Shown here: piece after piece, positions 1 through 10,590 of the stretch
Layout of the letters: each line of letters starts with the position of its first letter
Position numbering within the stretch: the stretch's first letter is position 1
From: Corynebacterium sp.
GTDB lineage: Bacteria; Actinomycetota; Actinomycetes; Mycobacteriales; Mycobacteriaceae
Direction: 5' to 3'
Assembly: GCA_030528295.1 (NCBI GenBank)
Contig: JAUMZC010000001.1
Span: 29,444-93,443, forward strand
DNA length: 64,000 nucleotides
Made by a program: the position numbers and the translations under genes
Notes under the pieces: model-generated
Told to the model about the DNA's origin: nothing
Seen by the model: the letters and a program-made list of their open reading frames with translations, nothing else
Databases searched by the model: none

Positions 1-47
1 CCAGAATTACATAAAAACTTCTCAGTTAACTATGTTTATACGCTTTT

Positions 48-1544
48 CTAGCGCTTGCGGTACAGGGATTTCATTTGATACTCCGGCTCGGAAGTTACTA
101 AAACTCCCAGATTCCGGAAAATGCTCTCATCAACAGGCCCAAGAATCGTGGTGGTATGCGCATCGCAACCACGAAGACTTTGCAGTTTATCCAGAGCTCG
201 TCGCGCATCATCGTTAGTCGCGGCGGAAACTGATAATGCAATCAGCACTTCATCGGTATGCAACCGTGGATTCCGCGACCCCAGGTGCTGGGTTTTCAGA
301 GTTTGAATCGGTTCAATCGAATCAGGGGAGAGGAGATCCACCGCACGATCGATCCCCGCCAGGTGTTTCAGGGCATTCAGCACCACTGCCGCGGAGCAAC
401 CCAGCAGCGGAGTGGTTTTGCCGGTGATAATCGTGCCATCGTAGAGCATCATTGCCGCCGCAGGATCGCCTGTTTCTTCCGCCAACGCCAAAGCTGGAGC
501 AACCACCTGGCGGTTCGTGGCGTCGATATGCGCCTTGCTCATCACCATCGCTGCACGGTCCGATAGCGTGGTGTCGTCCGTTTCAGAGCGGCGTTCCTCA
601 ACCAGCGCCTTGTAATAGCGGCGGATGATCTCCTGCTGAGCAGCCTCGCAACATACTTCGTCGTCGGTGATGCAATAGCCAGCCATGTTCACACCCATGT
701 CTGTTGGGGATGCATACGGTGACTCCCCAGAAATCTCCATCAATAGCGCTTTGACCAAGGGGAACACTTCGACGTCGCGGTTGTAGCTGGTCACTTGCTT
801 GTCGTAGGTTGCCAAGTGGAATGGGTCGATGAGGTTGATGTCATCGAGGTCAACTGTTGCGGCTTCGTAGGCGAGGTTCACAGGATGCTCGATCGGAAGA
901 TTCCAAATTGGGAATGTTTCGAACTTTGCATAGCCCGCCGCGATCCCGCGCTGATGATCGTGGTACACCTGCGAAAGGCAGGTAGCTAATTTGCCGGACC
1001 CTGGCCCCGGCGCAGTCACCACAACAAGGTCGCGAGTGGTTTCTACATAGTCGTTGCGTCCAAACCCTTCCGCGGAGACGATTCGGCGAATATCCGTGGG
1101 GTACCCCGCAATCGTGCGGTGACAAGCAACCTTGAGCCCCAACCGTTGCAGCCGCTCCCGGAATTCATTCGCCGCCTGGTTTTCTGGCTCCAATTGCGTG
1201 AGCACCACATGCTCAACCAGGAAACCGCCTTCTCGGAAGGCATCCACCAAGCGGAGAACATCCTCCTCATAAGGAATGCCAAGGTCTGCACGTACTTTCT
1301 TGCGCTGCAGATCCTTGGCATTGATACACACCACGATCTCTAGATCGTCTTTGATCCGTTCCAACATGGCGATTTTATTGTTCGGTGTAAAACCAGGCAG
1401 GACACGCGACGCATGCATATCGTCAAAGAGTTTGCCCCCCATTTCGAGATAGAGTTTCCCTCCGATCGCCCGCCGTCGTTCATTGATGTGCTGCGACTGC
1501 ATTTCGATGTAACGTTCGCGATCAAACCCGATGGCTTGTGGCAT
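48..1544 (-). CDS. DUF1846 family protein (P-loop)
   Basis: 498-aa ORF; N-terminal [28 protein letters not shown] and [16 protein letters not shown] motifs typical of DUF1846. Confidence 0.85.
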   Translation of the reverse strand: MPQAIGFDRERYIEMQSQHINERRRAIGGKLYLEMGGKLFDDMHASRVLPGFTPNNKIAMLERIKDDLEIVVCINAKDLQRKKVRADLGIPYEEDVLRLVDAFREGGFLVEHVVLTQLEPENQAANEFRERLQRLGLKVACHRTIAGYPTDIRRIVSAEGFGRNDYVETTRDLVVVTAPGPGSGKLATCLSQVYHDHQRGIAAGYAKFETFPIWNLPIEHPVNLAYEAATVDLDDINLIDPFHLATYDKQVTSYNRDVEVFPLVKALLMEISGESPYASPTDMGVNMAGYCITDDEVCCEAAQQEIIRRYYKALVEERRSETDDTTLSDRAAMVMSKAHIDATNRQVVAPALALAEETGDPAAAMMLYDGTIITGKTTPLLGCSAAVVLNALKHLAGIDRAVDLLSPDSIEPIQTLKTQHLGSRNPRLHTDEVLIALSVSAATNDDARRALDKLQSLRGCDAHTTTILGPVDESIFRNLGVLVTSEPEYQMKSLYRKR

Positions 1545-1687
1545 GTGTGTGGCCTTCCGTAGTATGGCGGTTCCCTAACCGTCAATATCTTAGTCTTTAA
1601 CGTGCACAACTTAATTGCCACGCAGGTCACGCTAACTTTTGCGCCACACTAGGCTCGGCCGGTATTCCCAGACTAGGATGACACACC

Positions 1688-2494
1688 ATGCCTGAAGGTC
1701 ACGTCATTCATCGTCTTGCCAACGAACTCGAATCCACGTTCGGCGGCGCACCGGTCACCGTAACGTCACCTCAGGGCAGGTTTGCCGCGGCGTCGACACT
1801 CAACGGCAGTCGCCTCACCAGCGCCGAAGCCTGGGGCAAGCACCTATTTTTGCTTTTCGACGCCGCGAAGCCCGCGCATATCGTCCACATTCACCTGGGC
1901 TTGATTGGGACGCTACGGCTATCCCCACTCGCGCCGCCAGTCGGCCAAGTTCGCCTCCGCCTCGCCAATTCCACCACCGCCGCCGATCTCCGCGGGCCAC
2001 AGTGGTGCACATTGCTCACCGAGGCTGAAATGCAGCAGAAAGTGGCAAAACTCGGCGCCGACCCATTGCGTATCGACGCCGACCCAACCTCCATTCGCAC
2101 CAAAGTTCAGCGTTCATCCCGCTCAATTGCATCACTTCTGATGGATCAAAAGCTTTTTGCAGGCGTGGGAAATATCTATCGCGCGGAAACATTGTTTCGT
2201 TTGGGCATTGACCCCACAACTCCTGGCACAGCGATAGACACAGAAACTTTCCAGGACATCTGGTCCGATCTTGTTCTCCTTATGCGAGACGGCGTTTCTT
2301 CAGGCCGCATCGACACAGTACGCCCAGAACACACACCAGAAGCCATGAACCGACCCGCCCGCAAAGACGACCACGGTGGGGAAGTGTACGTATACCGGCG
2401 CGACGGAAACCCTTGCCATATTTGCGGAACACCAATCTCGCATTCAGTGTTGGAGGGCCGGAATTTATTCTGGTGTCCTGGCTGCCAACAATAG
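1688..2494 (+). CDS. nei: Fpg/Nei family DNA glycosylase (endonuclease VIII-like)
   Basis: N-terminal MPEGH, H2TH motif LMDQKLFAGVGNIY, C-terminal zinc finger CHICG..WCPGCQ. Confidence 0.9.
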   Translation: MPEGHVIHRLANELESTFGGAPVTVTSPQGRFAAASTLNGSRLTSAEAWGKHLFLLFDAAKPAHIVHIHLGLIGTLRLSPLAPPVGQVRLRLANSTTAADLRGPQWCTLLTEAEMQQKVAKLGADPLRIDADPTSIRTKVQRSSRSIASLLMDQKLFAGVGNIYRAETLFRLGIDPTTPGTAIDTETFQDIWSDLVLLMRDGVSSGRIDTVRPEHTPEAMNRPARKDDHGGEVYVYRRDGNPCHICGTPISHSVLEGRNLFWCPGCQQ

Positions 2495-2723
2495 ACTCAT
2501 GAATCATTTATAGCGTATTAACTATCGCATTATTCCGCGCTTTCAAAGAATTGATATTGAACCTCACTTGCTTACCCTAAGAGCAATTCAGCACCGAATA
2601 TAACGGCCTTATAACAGCGCGGTAACTAAATTAATAAACCGGTGGCACGCGAGATATTATGGGCCTTTTCCGGGGTCGAATTATTCATTCGTACCCCAAA
2701 GTGGAAACTGGTTATTTCTTCCC

Positions 2724-3281
2724 TTATTGGAGCCATTTCGGCAGAATTTCAAGCAATGCTGGAACCAAGTCCAACAAGAAAAATACCGTCGCAGCAAACA
2801 GGCAACAGGCGTACACCATCAACTGACATGCCAACCGTGAAGCCTTACGCATCATCTCCACAGCCGACCGCGCCCCCAAGGCCGCTCCCAAGGTATTCGA
2901 AATCAGATCACCCGTATCCGTGTACCCGATCTTCAACAAAAACTGGATGCTCTCCAAAGAAAAACTAAACGCGAAGGCAACAGCGGCGACCAACGCAACC
3001 ACATTCCTGCGGAATTTCCGAAACCATCCCGAAAACGCCAGCAGTATCCCAAACGGAACGAACATAGCGATATTGCCAACCAAATTGAATGTTGGCGCAA
3101 ACCACGTTGTGGCCGTAAAGAAATCTAAGAATGGAATGAGGTCCAGCGAACGTCTTTCATGCGCCCCCGTTTTCCATAACCCGCCGATAGTGACCCAAGT
3201 CTTTCCCAGTGTGAGCGAAAGTATTGCAACCACGCACAGTATCAACGCTACATGCAGGAACCGTAACTTGTGACGAGCCAT
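2724..3281 (-). CDS. VanZ family membrane protein
   Basis: LIPF..NLVGNIAMFVPFG..ESIQF..DTGDLISNTLGAALG VanZ signature; multiple TM segments. Confidence 0.85.
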   Translation of the reverse strand: MARHKLRFLHVALILCVVAILSLTLGKTWVTIGGLWKTGAHERRSLDLIPFLDFFTATTWFAPTFNLVGNIAMFVPFGILLAFSGWFRKFRRNVVALVAAVAFAFSFSLESIQFLLKIGYTDTGDLISNTLGAALGARSAVEMMRKASRLACQLMVYACCLFAATVFFLLDLVPALLEILPKWLQ

Positions 3282-3318
3282 GCAGGCTATGGTAAACCCC
3301 CGAGAATTAAACCCGAAA

Positions 3319-3753
3319 CTACACCTGCAGCGAGCGGAATGGTTCCCACGGAAGCAGCCGAATAATGAACCACACCCCGATAATGATCCCGATTGCTAAT
3401 GACGAATGTTTCCAGTTATTCCAGTTAGGTAGCCGCTTCCCCAAAGTGCGACCAAACCAAACCAACCAGCTCCAAGCCAGCAGAAAAAGTGCAAACACAC
3501 CAACCGCGTTGTAGTGAACAGCGGCTGGAATATCCAAATGCGTCAGAGAATAAATCATCCGAGCACTGCCACAACCAGGGCAATTAATGCCGAAAATCGC
3601 CTTAGTGGGACATAGCGGGGTAGGCCCACCCGGCGTAGTTGGATCCGCTAAATGCAGCAAAAAACACCCACACACTGCACCAGCCGCAACCGCAAGAGGG
3701 GCTACTGGAGATTCCTTTGTATGAGAATCATGAGTGCAGGTATGAGTGTTCAT
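3319..3753 (-). CDS. DUF2752 family membrane protein
   Basis: CPTKAIFGINCPGCGSARM..AAVHYN motif of DUF2752; start codon uncertain. Confidence 0.85.
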   Translation of the reverse strand: MNTHTCTHDSHTKESPVAPLAVAAGAVCGCFLLHLADPTTPGGPTPLCPTKAIFGINCPGCGSARMIYSLTHLDIPAAVHYNAVGVFALFLLAWSWLVWFGRTLGKRLPNWNNWKHSSLAIGIIIGVWFIIRLLPWEPFRSLQV

Positions 3754-3774
3754 GCCGACTTACTTTAGTGTTTT

Positions 3775-4089
3775 CTACTCGCCAGTGTCCACAGCATCGA
3801 CGCCGGTGCCTGCAGCGAAAACGAAGATCTGCAGGATGAAATAGAGGACCATGAGCACGATGCCTAGTACAGCACCAATGATGGCGAACTTCTTAGCGCT
3901 CTCAGAAGCTTGTGCAGCCTCAGCATACTGACCAGCTGACCACAGCTTATCGACCTGAAGGGAGAGGTAGATGGAGTATGCACCGATAGGCAAGCAGCAA
4001 AGAAGGGTACAGAGAATAGTTAGAATTAGGTAGTTATCTGGCTTTTGACCACCAGGCATAGCCTCATTAGAAGCAAATGGGTTCGTCAT
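3775..4089 (-). CDS. CD225/dispanin (IFITM-like) membrane protein, copy 1
   Basis: PDNYLILTILCTLLCCLPIG.YSIYLSLQVDKLWSAGQYAEAAQAS..AKKFA CD225 signature; SD-like GGGAG upstream. Confidence 0.88.
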   Translation of the reverse strand: MTNPFASNEAMPGGQKPDNYLILTILCTLLCCLPIGAYSIYLSLQVDKLWSAGQYAEAAQASESAKKFAIIGAVLGIVLMVLYFILQIFVFAAGTGVDAVDTGE

Positions 4090-4266
4090 ATGAACTCCCT
4101 TATCGAATCGATTGTTTTACACAAAAACGTCTCGACCATATCAACCCGCGACTAATTTCCTCAAGTATTTAACAGTGAACTATCACCTTATATACCCCCT
4201 TATTGGGGGTTTTGTAGCACATTTAGAGCACGTGTGGCCCGGTTACGGCTCGTAAATATGCAAAAC

Positions 4267-4794
4267 TTAATACTCGCCTATGTCTGATACTTCCTGAATG
4301 CCAAGAATGAGGTAAACCATCAAATACATGATGGTGAGAACGAGTGGGACTGCTACGCCCAGGATCGCGAACAGCTTAGCCTTCTTGGCGGCGTCGGCAG
4401 CCTCGTTTTGGTAACCCATCCGCCAACGCTTATCCACCTGGGTAGAAAAATAGATTCCAATGCCGCCCAAAAGCGCAAACGGCGAACATAACAGCACGCT
4501 GAAAAGTGTTGATAGGATACACCAAACCATGTTGTTATCCGGGACTGACTGCATGGGCTGCATCATGTAAGGCTGCTGCCAATAGGGGTTTTGCGACTGG
4601 CCATACTGCGCTGGTGGATAAATGTTCGGGTCGTTCATGGGATCGTAGACGGGCTGCGGAGGTGAAGCATAGGGATTGCCTGCGTCTGCGAACGGATTCT
4701 CGCCAGCAGCATATGGGTTAGCACCATTATTCGGCGCTGGATTCTGGGGATACATATTATTTTGATGATTATTCGGACTATCAGGGTAAGTCAT
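4267..4794 (-). CDS. CD225/dispanin (IFITM-like) membrane protein, copy 2, with long P/Q/N/Y-rich N-terminus
   Basis: PDNNMVWCILSTLF..IYFSTQVDKRWRMG..EAADAAKKAK CD225 signature. Confidence 0.85.
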   Translation of the reverse strand: MTYPDSPNNHQNNMYPQNPAPNNGANPYAAGENPFADAGNPYASPPQPVYDPMNDPNIYPPAQYGQSQNPYWQQPYMMQPMQSVPDNNMVWCILSTLFSVLLCSPFALLGGIGIYFSTQVDKRWRMGYQNEAADAAKKAKLFAILGVAVPLVLTIMYLMVYLILGIQEVSDIGEY

Positions 4795-4942
4795 ATTTAC
4801 TCCCGAATTTCATGTGCAACGTTTTGACCAACAGATTACCGAACAGCATCGACACTGAGTCATTGATAGAAGGACAATATCGCATAATTTGAGGAAATCT
4901 TATCTGCTACAGAGATGTCCTTTTCACCCACAGAAAGTCAAG

Positions 4943-4958
4943 TATGACGTAGCTCACA
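4943..4958. promoter_or_regulatory. Putative GlxR/CRP-type site
   Basis: TATGA-CGTAGC-TCACA, one mismatch to TGTGA-N6-TCACA, about 150 bp upstream of CD225 copy 2. Confidence 0.35.
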
Positions 4959-5055
4959 ATGGGGGTATTTTTACCCCCATTTTTGCCACAATGCACGTGC
5001 ATTAAGCGTTCAGCAGCCACATCCCCGCAACTGGCGAACCGCTGAACACTTTCGC

Positions 5056-5427
5056 TTAGTAGCTGCTAGTTGACTCACTAGCCTGGCCAAACATCGCTAA
5101 CATGACGATGAAAATGATGTAGAGAACCAACAAAATAACGATGCTCACTGCTCCAGCAATCGCAAAGTTCTTCGCTTTTCGTGATGCACCTTCAGCCTCT
5201 GCATACATGCCTGCTTCCCAATATTTATCCACCTGCATTGAGTAGTAGATACCAATCGCCCCAAGCGGCACACAACAAATAATCGTGCTCAGGATTGTCC
5301 ATACCAGCTGGTTATCTGGCTTCATCATTCCATTTGGCATAGCACCGTAGGGCATGCCAGCTCCGTAACCCTGATTGAAATGGGGCTGTTGCCCATTAGG
5401 GTCGTAGGGATTAAAAGGTTCAGTCAT
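5056..5427 (-). CDS. CD225/dispanin (IFITM-like) membrane protein, copy 3
   Basis: PDNQLVWTILSTIICCVPLG.IGIYYSMQVDKYWEAG..EAEGASRKAK CD225 signature; GGGAG SD upstream. Confidence 0.88.
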   Translation of the reverse strand: MTEPFNPYDPNGQQPHFNQGYGAGMPYGAMPNGMMKPDNQLVWTILSTIICCVPLGAIGIYYSMQVDKYWEAGMYAEAEGASRKAKNFAIAGAVSIVILLVLYIIFIVMLAMFGQASESTSSY

Positions 5428-6143
5428 TCAGATCTCCCAAAAACAAAACAATACAACTTCCAACAGCCTAACGGATGACCTTAACCAAACTAAAGATCCC
5501 ATTGGTAAATTCTCAGGAATTCATGGAAAAGACTAATCTTTCCGCAGTACAACGATAGTGCAGCCAAGGTACCAATGTTTCAGCTCACAGCTTCTGATGC
5601 GTCTATTGGTAGCGCAGTGATCACACTGTAGTCTCTCAGCACGGCACTGCATCGCTTCGAGTGGTCCTGGTTTATTCGGAAACACCATGTTGATACACGG
5701 CGGCGCAGAATAATCACTACCTAAACTTGGATTCTTTTTACAAAGACAATGATGCAAGCGTAATACCTGCAATAATTCACCGAGCCGCGAACAGGCCGAA
5801 AAACGAATTCAAAAAACAACACCAAGGTAACAATGTTCAGGCAGCACACCTATTTGCACGGGCCTCAACGGTACTCAGCAATTGAAAAGAAGAAAATGAC
5901 AGATGCTGACATCATCGCGCCAAATCACACACCAAATCAGAGACTAATAATCGGGGACTGGTCGAGATTGAAGACATAAGCACCTCTATGCAGTAAGAGC
6001 ACTACCCAAAAGCGCATAACTCCATCTCTCATGCTATTGGAAAACTATGTATTTAGACAGGACGTGTATTTATACAGATCCAGATATGCAAAAGGCTGAC
6101 GCCAACGTTGTTTCAGTCGACCTCAGCCTTAAATTGTGGGAAG

Positions 6144-8999
6144 TTACTTCACCACAAGGTTCACCATACGTCCAGGTACAACAATGTGCTTGACCACTGT
6201 TTTACCTGCAACATGTACTGCAATTTGTTCATCTGCTAATGCAGCCTCAACGACTGCATCTTGGTCTGCATCCACAGCAACTTGGATACGCCCGCGGACT
6301 TTTCCATTCACCTGAACTGGCAATTCGATTGTCTCATCTACCAGCCACTGTTCGTCGAAGGCAGGGAAACTCTCATAGGTCAACGTGTCTTTATGCCCCA
6401 AACGTGACCAAAGTTCTTCCGCAATATGCGGTGCAACTGGGGCAACCATCAGCACCAACGGCTTGATGGCTTCTCGAGGTGCACCAGAGGGGTAAGTCTT
6501 GGTCAGATAATTCACGTATTCGATGAGTTTCGCCACCACTGTGTTCATGCGAAGGCCCTGGTAATCCTCGCGCACACCAGCAATTGTGCGGTGTAGAGCC
6601 TTGTTGTCTTCATCGGTGAGCGCGGCGTCGATAACCGAAAGTTGGCCGCTCGCCTCATCAACAACAAGGCGCCACATCCGCTGCAGGAAACGCTGAGCGC
6701 CTACAACGTCTTTTGTAGCCCAAGGGCGCGATGTATCAAGGGGACCCATAGACATCTCGTAGACACGGAGCGTATCAGCACCATAATTGTCGCAGATCTC
6801 ATCGGGGGAGACGGAGTTTTTCAGCGACTTCCCCATCTTTCCGTATTCTTGCGTGACCTCTTCACCGTTGTAGAAGAACTTGCCTTCCTTTTCCTCTACC
6901 TCGGCCGCGGGAACGTACACACCACGGGCATCGGTGTATGCGAAAGCCTGGATATAGCCCTGATTAAACAGCCGGCGGTATGGTTCGAAGGAAGTTACGT
7001 GCCCGAGGTCGTAGAGGACCTTGTGCCAGAAACGTGCATACAGCAGGTGCAATACTGCATGCTCCACGCCACCAACATAGAGATCAACGCCACCACAATC
7101 ACCTGGGAACTGTGGGCCGGTCCAATAGCGTTCATTCTCCAGGTCACAGAATTTCTCATTATTCTGCGGGTCAATATAACGCAATTGGTACCAGGATGAG
7201 CCCGCCCATTGTGGCATGACGTTGGTGTCTCGACGATACTTCTTTAAGCCGTCGCCCAGGTCCAATTCCACTTCAACCCATTCGGTAGCTTTTGCCAATG
7301 GGGGATGCGGTTCAGATTCACTGTCTTCGGGGTCAAAGGATACTGGTTTGTAGTCCTCAACCTCTGGAAGCTCCACCGGCAGCATGGATTCCGGTAGCGC
7401 GTGGGCGATGCCATCTTCGTCATAAACGATTGGGAACGGTTCTCCCCAGTAACGCTGGCGGGCAAAGAGCCAGTCACGCAGTTTGTATTGGACCTTTTCC
7501 CGTCCTAGGCCGCGCTCAATAAGCCAAGCAATACTCGCAGCAACGGCTTCTTCTTTGCCCATGCCATTCATATCCAAGCCCGCGTCGTTGGCGGAATTAA
7601 CCACAACCCCCGGATCTGTAAACACAGCCTCCATCACATCGCCACCGGCAACAACCTCAGCAATCGGAAGTCCGAACAATTTGGCGAATTCGTGGTCTCG
7701 TTCATCGTGGCCCGGCACAGCCATAATCGCGCCTGTACCGTAACCAGAGAGAACATAATCGGCGATAAAGACTGGGATTTCCTCACCGCTGACGGGGTTC
7801 ACGGCATAAGCACCAAGGAACACACCCGTTTTCTCTTTGTTCTCCTGGCGTTCCAAATCCGATTTCGCGGCAATAGCCTTGCGATACTCCGCCACAGCCT
7901 CGGCGGGGGAGTCCGCCCCAAACGTCCACCGCGTATCGACGCCCTCGTAGCTACCAGAGCCCGCCGCTACCAGGACGTCGACAAGCTCATGCTCGGGTGC
8001 GAGAACCATGTACGTAACGCCAAACAACGTGTCTGGACGCGTAGTAAACACCGTGATATTCTCACCGTGGCTAGCAAAATCAACCTCTGCACCGCGCGAA
8101 CGCCCAATCCAATTACGCTGCATGGAGCGCACTTTATCGGGCCAATCAAGCGCATCAAGGTCATCAATCAGGCGATCCGCGTAGGCCGTAATCCGCATCA
8201 TCCATTGAGAAAGATTTTTGCGGAACACTGGGAAGTTACCACGCTCGGATTTACCGTCCGCCGTCACTTCTTCATTTGCCAGTACGGTCCCTAAACCGGG
8301 GCACCAATTCACGGTCGAGTAGGAGCGGTACACCAGGCGGTATTCATCCACAACCTTCGCCTGTTGGACGCTATCTAATGCATTGAAATCAGCTGTGCCG
8401 AATTCCTCTACCAAGTGTTCCGGAATTGGGCGCGCACCGGACTTGAGTAATGGCAGCAGATCGGCAATCGGACGGGCTTTGTCTGACTCTGTATCAAACC
8501 AAGAATTGAAAATCTGCAGGAAAATCCATTGCGTCCAGCGATAATAATCCGTATCAATGGTGGCAATGGCACGCCGTTTATCGTGGCCCAATCCAAGCCT
8601 ATTCAGCTGCCGCTCCATATTGTCAATGGATTCTTGGGTTTTAATGCGTGGATGTGTTCCCGTTTGAATCGCGTACTGCTCCGCAGGCAGGCCAAACGCA
8701 TCATAGCCCAAGGTATGCAGAACATTTTTGCCCATCATCCGATTGAACCGGGCAAAGGTATCAGTAGCGATATATCCCAGCGGGTGTCCAACATGCAGGC
8801 CGGCCCCGGAAGGGAACGGAAACATATCTTGAACAAACAGCTTCTCTGCAGGTAGCGGCCCTTCTGCGGCTAATGCACCCACCGGGTTCGGTGCGTGGAA
8901 CGTGCCTTGATTCCGCCAATATTCTTGCCAGTGTTGCTCAATTTGACCGGCAAGTTCAGCAGAATAACGATATGCAGGAGAGTCGCTGGGATTGTTCAT
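6144..8999 (-). CDS. leuS: Leucine--tRNA ligase
   Basis: 951 aa; [14 protein letters not shown] (HIGH) and KMGKS motifs, editing-domain motif TTRPDT. Confidence 0.97.
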   Translation of the reverse strand: MNNPSDSPAYRYSAELAGQIEQHWQEYWRNQGTFHAPNPVGALAAEGPLPAEKLFVQDMFPFPSGAGLHVGHPLGYIATDTFARFNRMMGKNVLHTLGYDAFGLPAEQYAIQTGTHPRIKTQESIDNMERQLNRLGLGHDKRRAIATIDTDYYRWTQWIFLQIFNSWFDTESDKARPIADLLPLLKSGARPIPEHLVEEFGTADFNALDSVQQAKVVDEYRLVYRSYSTVNWCPGLGTVLANEEVTADGKSERGNFPVFRKNLSQWMMRITAYADRLIDDLDALDWPDKVRSMQRNWIGRSRGAEVDFASHGENITVFTTRPDTLFGVTYMVLAPEHELVDVLVAAGSGSYEGVDTRWTFGADSPAEAVAEYRKAIAAKSDLERQENKEKTGVFLGAYAVNPVSGEEIPVFIADYVLSGYGTGAIMAVPGHDERDHEFAKLFGLPIAEVVAGGDVMEAVFTDPGVVVNSANDAGLDMNGMGKEEAVAASIAWLIERGLGREKVQYKLRDWLFARQRYWGEPFPIVYDEDGIAHALPESMLPVELPEVEDYKPVSFDPEDSESEPHPPLAKATEWVEVELDLGDGLKKYRRDTNVMPQWAGSSWYQLRYIDPQNNEKFCDLENERYWTGPQFPGDCGGVDLYVGGVEHAVLHLLYARFWHKVLYDLGHVTSFEPYRRLFNQGYIQAFAYTDARGVYVPAAEVEEKEGKFFYNGEEVTQEYGKMGKSLKNSVSPDEICDNYGADTLRVYEMSMGPLDTSRPWATKDVVGAQRFLQRMWRLVVDEASGQLSVIDAALTDEDNKALHRTIAGVREDYQGLRMNTVVAKLIEYVNYLTKTYPSGAPREAIKPLVLMVAPVAPHIAEELWSRLGHKDTLTYESFPAFDEQWLVDETIELPVQVNGKVRGRIQVAVDADQDAVVEAALADEQIAVHVAGKTVVKHIVVPGRMVNLVVK

Positions 9000-9087
9000 G
9001 CTGAACAGTGTAATCTCTTCGACTTTTGGTATTTAATTCGCGTCCGGGATAACTCAACCGGGGAAGCATTGGCTCACAATTGAAGAA

Positions 9088-9133
9088 CCCTGGTAAAGAT
9101 TTGCAGCTGCCGTTACAAATTGCTTTACCAGGG
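9088..9133. terminator. Hairpin downstream of the symporter gene
   Basis: CCCTGGTAAAG...CTTTACCAGGG inverted repeat followed by TTCTTC on the minus strand. Confidence 0.5.
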
Positions 9134-9172
9134 GAGGGCCTTTTCAGACTTCGTAAGCCACAGTACTCCGTA

Positions 9173-10432
9173 CTAGTTGACCTTTCCTGAGGCTTGGACG
9201 TCTTCTTCGATGATCTCTATCCGATTTTCACCCTCTTCTTGGGCTACTCGCTCGATCTTGCCCTTGGTCAGCTTGTTCACAATCAGGGCGATTGCGCCGT
9301 CGCCCGTCACGTTACATGCCGTACCGAAGGAGTCAATGGCGATGTACGCTGCGATCATCAAAGCAACTTGGTCATCGCTAAAGCCCAGCATGGAGGAAAG
9401 CAAGCCTACCGCTGCCATGATCGCGCCACCTGGAACACCTGGTGCAGCAACCATGGTGACACCGAGCATCAGTATGAATCCCAGTGCTTTACCTGGACCA
9501 ACATCGATTCCATCCATATACACGATGGCAAATGCGAACAGCCCGATCTTGAGCATGGAACCAGCAAGGTGCGTTGTAGCACAAAGCGGCACGGTAAAGC
9601 CTGCAACACCTGGAGCTACACCATTCTTTTTCACACAGGCGTACGTCACAGGAATTGTGGCGGCCGAGGATGAAGTACCCAATGCCGTCGCGTATGCCGG
9701 CATCATGTTCTTCAAGCTGGTGAAGGGGTTTTTCCCGGAGAGTGCGCCAGCTACAAAGAACTGGATGAGCAGCAATACAACGGTAAGCACGATCGCCAGA
9801 ACAAGCACCTTGGCAAATTGCTCCAGGGTGGCACGTAGGTTTCCGTTCATGCCCATGGACAGGAACACGCCGAAGATAAACAGCGGCAACAATGGGATGA
9901 CGAACTTGGAAATCACGCGCATGATTACGCGTTCAAGGTCACGCATTCCCGCATATAGGGTGTCACTTTTCACGGCGGTCATTGCCACACCAATGCAGAA
10001 TGCCAACAACAGGGCGGTCATTACGCCCATTGGAGGCGGCATTTCAATGGTGAAGTACGGCCCCAACGCTCCCGCATCAATGTCGGAGGCCTTCATCACT
10101 TCTTCGCCTTCTAGGAGGCTCGGATACACGGCGTTTGCCGCCACGTATGCCATAAGACCAGCGAAGATAGTAGAGGTATACGCAATACCAGTGGTGATTG
10201 CCAACCATTTTCCGGCGCCTTTACCAATGCCTGCGATAGCTGGAGTGATGAGCGCGAAAATCAGTACGGGAATAAAGAACTTCAGAAAGTTTCCGAACAG
10301 CTCGTTGAACGTTACAAACACACGAGCGAGTTCGGCTGGGAAAAAGAAGCTGCATCCTATGCCAAGGATGATTGCCACAACAATGCGAAACAGCAATGAC
10401 TGCGACAGTGTTTTTAATTCCATGACGGCCAC
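9173..10432 (-). CDS. Dicarboxylate/amino acid:cation symporter (DAACS/SstT-like)
   Basis: TSSSAATIP, APGVPGG and DSFGTACNVTGD motifs; alternative start at 10423. Confidence 0.92.
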   Translation of the reverse strand: MAVMELKTLSQSLLFRIVVAIILGIGCSFFFPAELARVFVTFNELFGNFLKFFIPVLIFALITPAIAGIGKGAGKWLAITTGIAYTSTIFAGLMAYVAANAVYPSLLEGEEVMKASDIDAGALGPYFTIEMPPPMGVMTALLLAFCIGVAMTAVKSDTLYAGMRDLERVIMRVISKFVIPLLPLFIFGVFLSMGMNGNLRATLEQFAKVLVLAIVLTVVLLLIQFFVAGALSGKNPFTSLKNMMPAYATALGTSSSAATIPVTYACVKKNGVAPGVAGFTVPLCATTHLAGSMLKIGLFAFAIVYMDGIDVGPGKALGFILMLGVTMVAAPGVPGGAIMAAVGLLSSMLGFSDDQVALMIAAYIAIDSFGTACNVTGDGAIALIVNKLTKGKIERVAQEEGENRIEIIEEDVQASGKVN

Positions 10433-10590
10433 ATTTCTTGATCGGAATTGCCTTTACTCGGCAACGTTACTGCATGGCTCATCACCATTAGAACTCGTTG
10501 GGATACATTTCACTCGCTTATCTTCACTGCCTGCAGCTATTTCCGAAGCATAAATACTGCTGCTTAGCCCCTGGGGACTAAGCTGGCAAT

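Noticed and set aside
2495-2723. AT-rich gap with a GGGGT-CGAAT..ATTCG-TACCCC hairpin and a 20-codon minus-strand ORF
   Set aside because: Most simply a terminator region between convergent nei and vanZ; no support for a gene or ncRNA
9177-10553. 458-aa plus-strand ORF
   Set aside because: Exact antisense shadow of the symporter gene; no recognisable motifs
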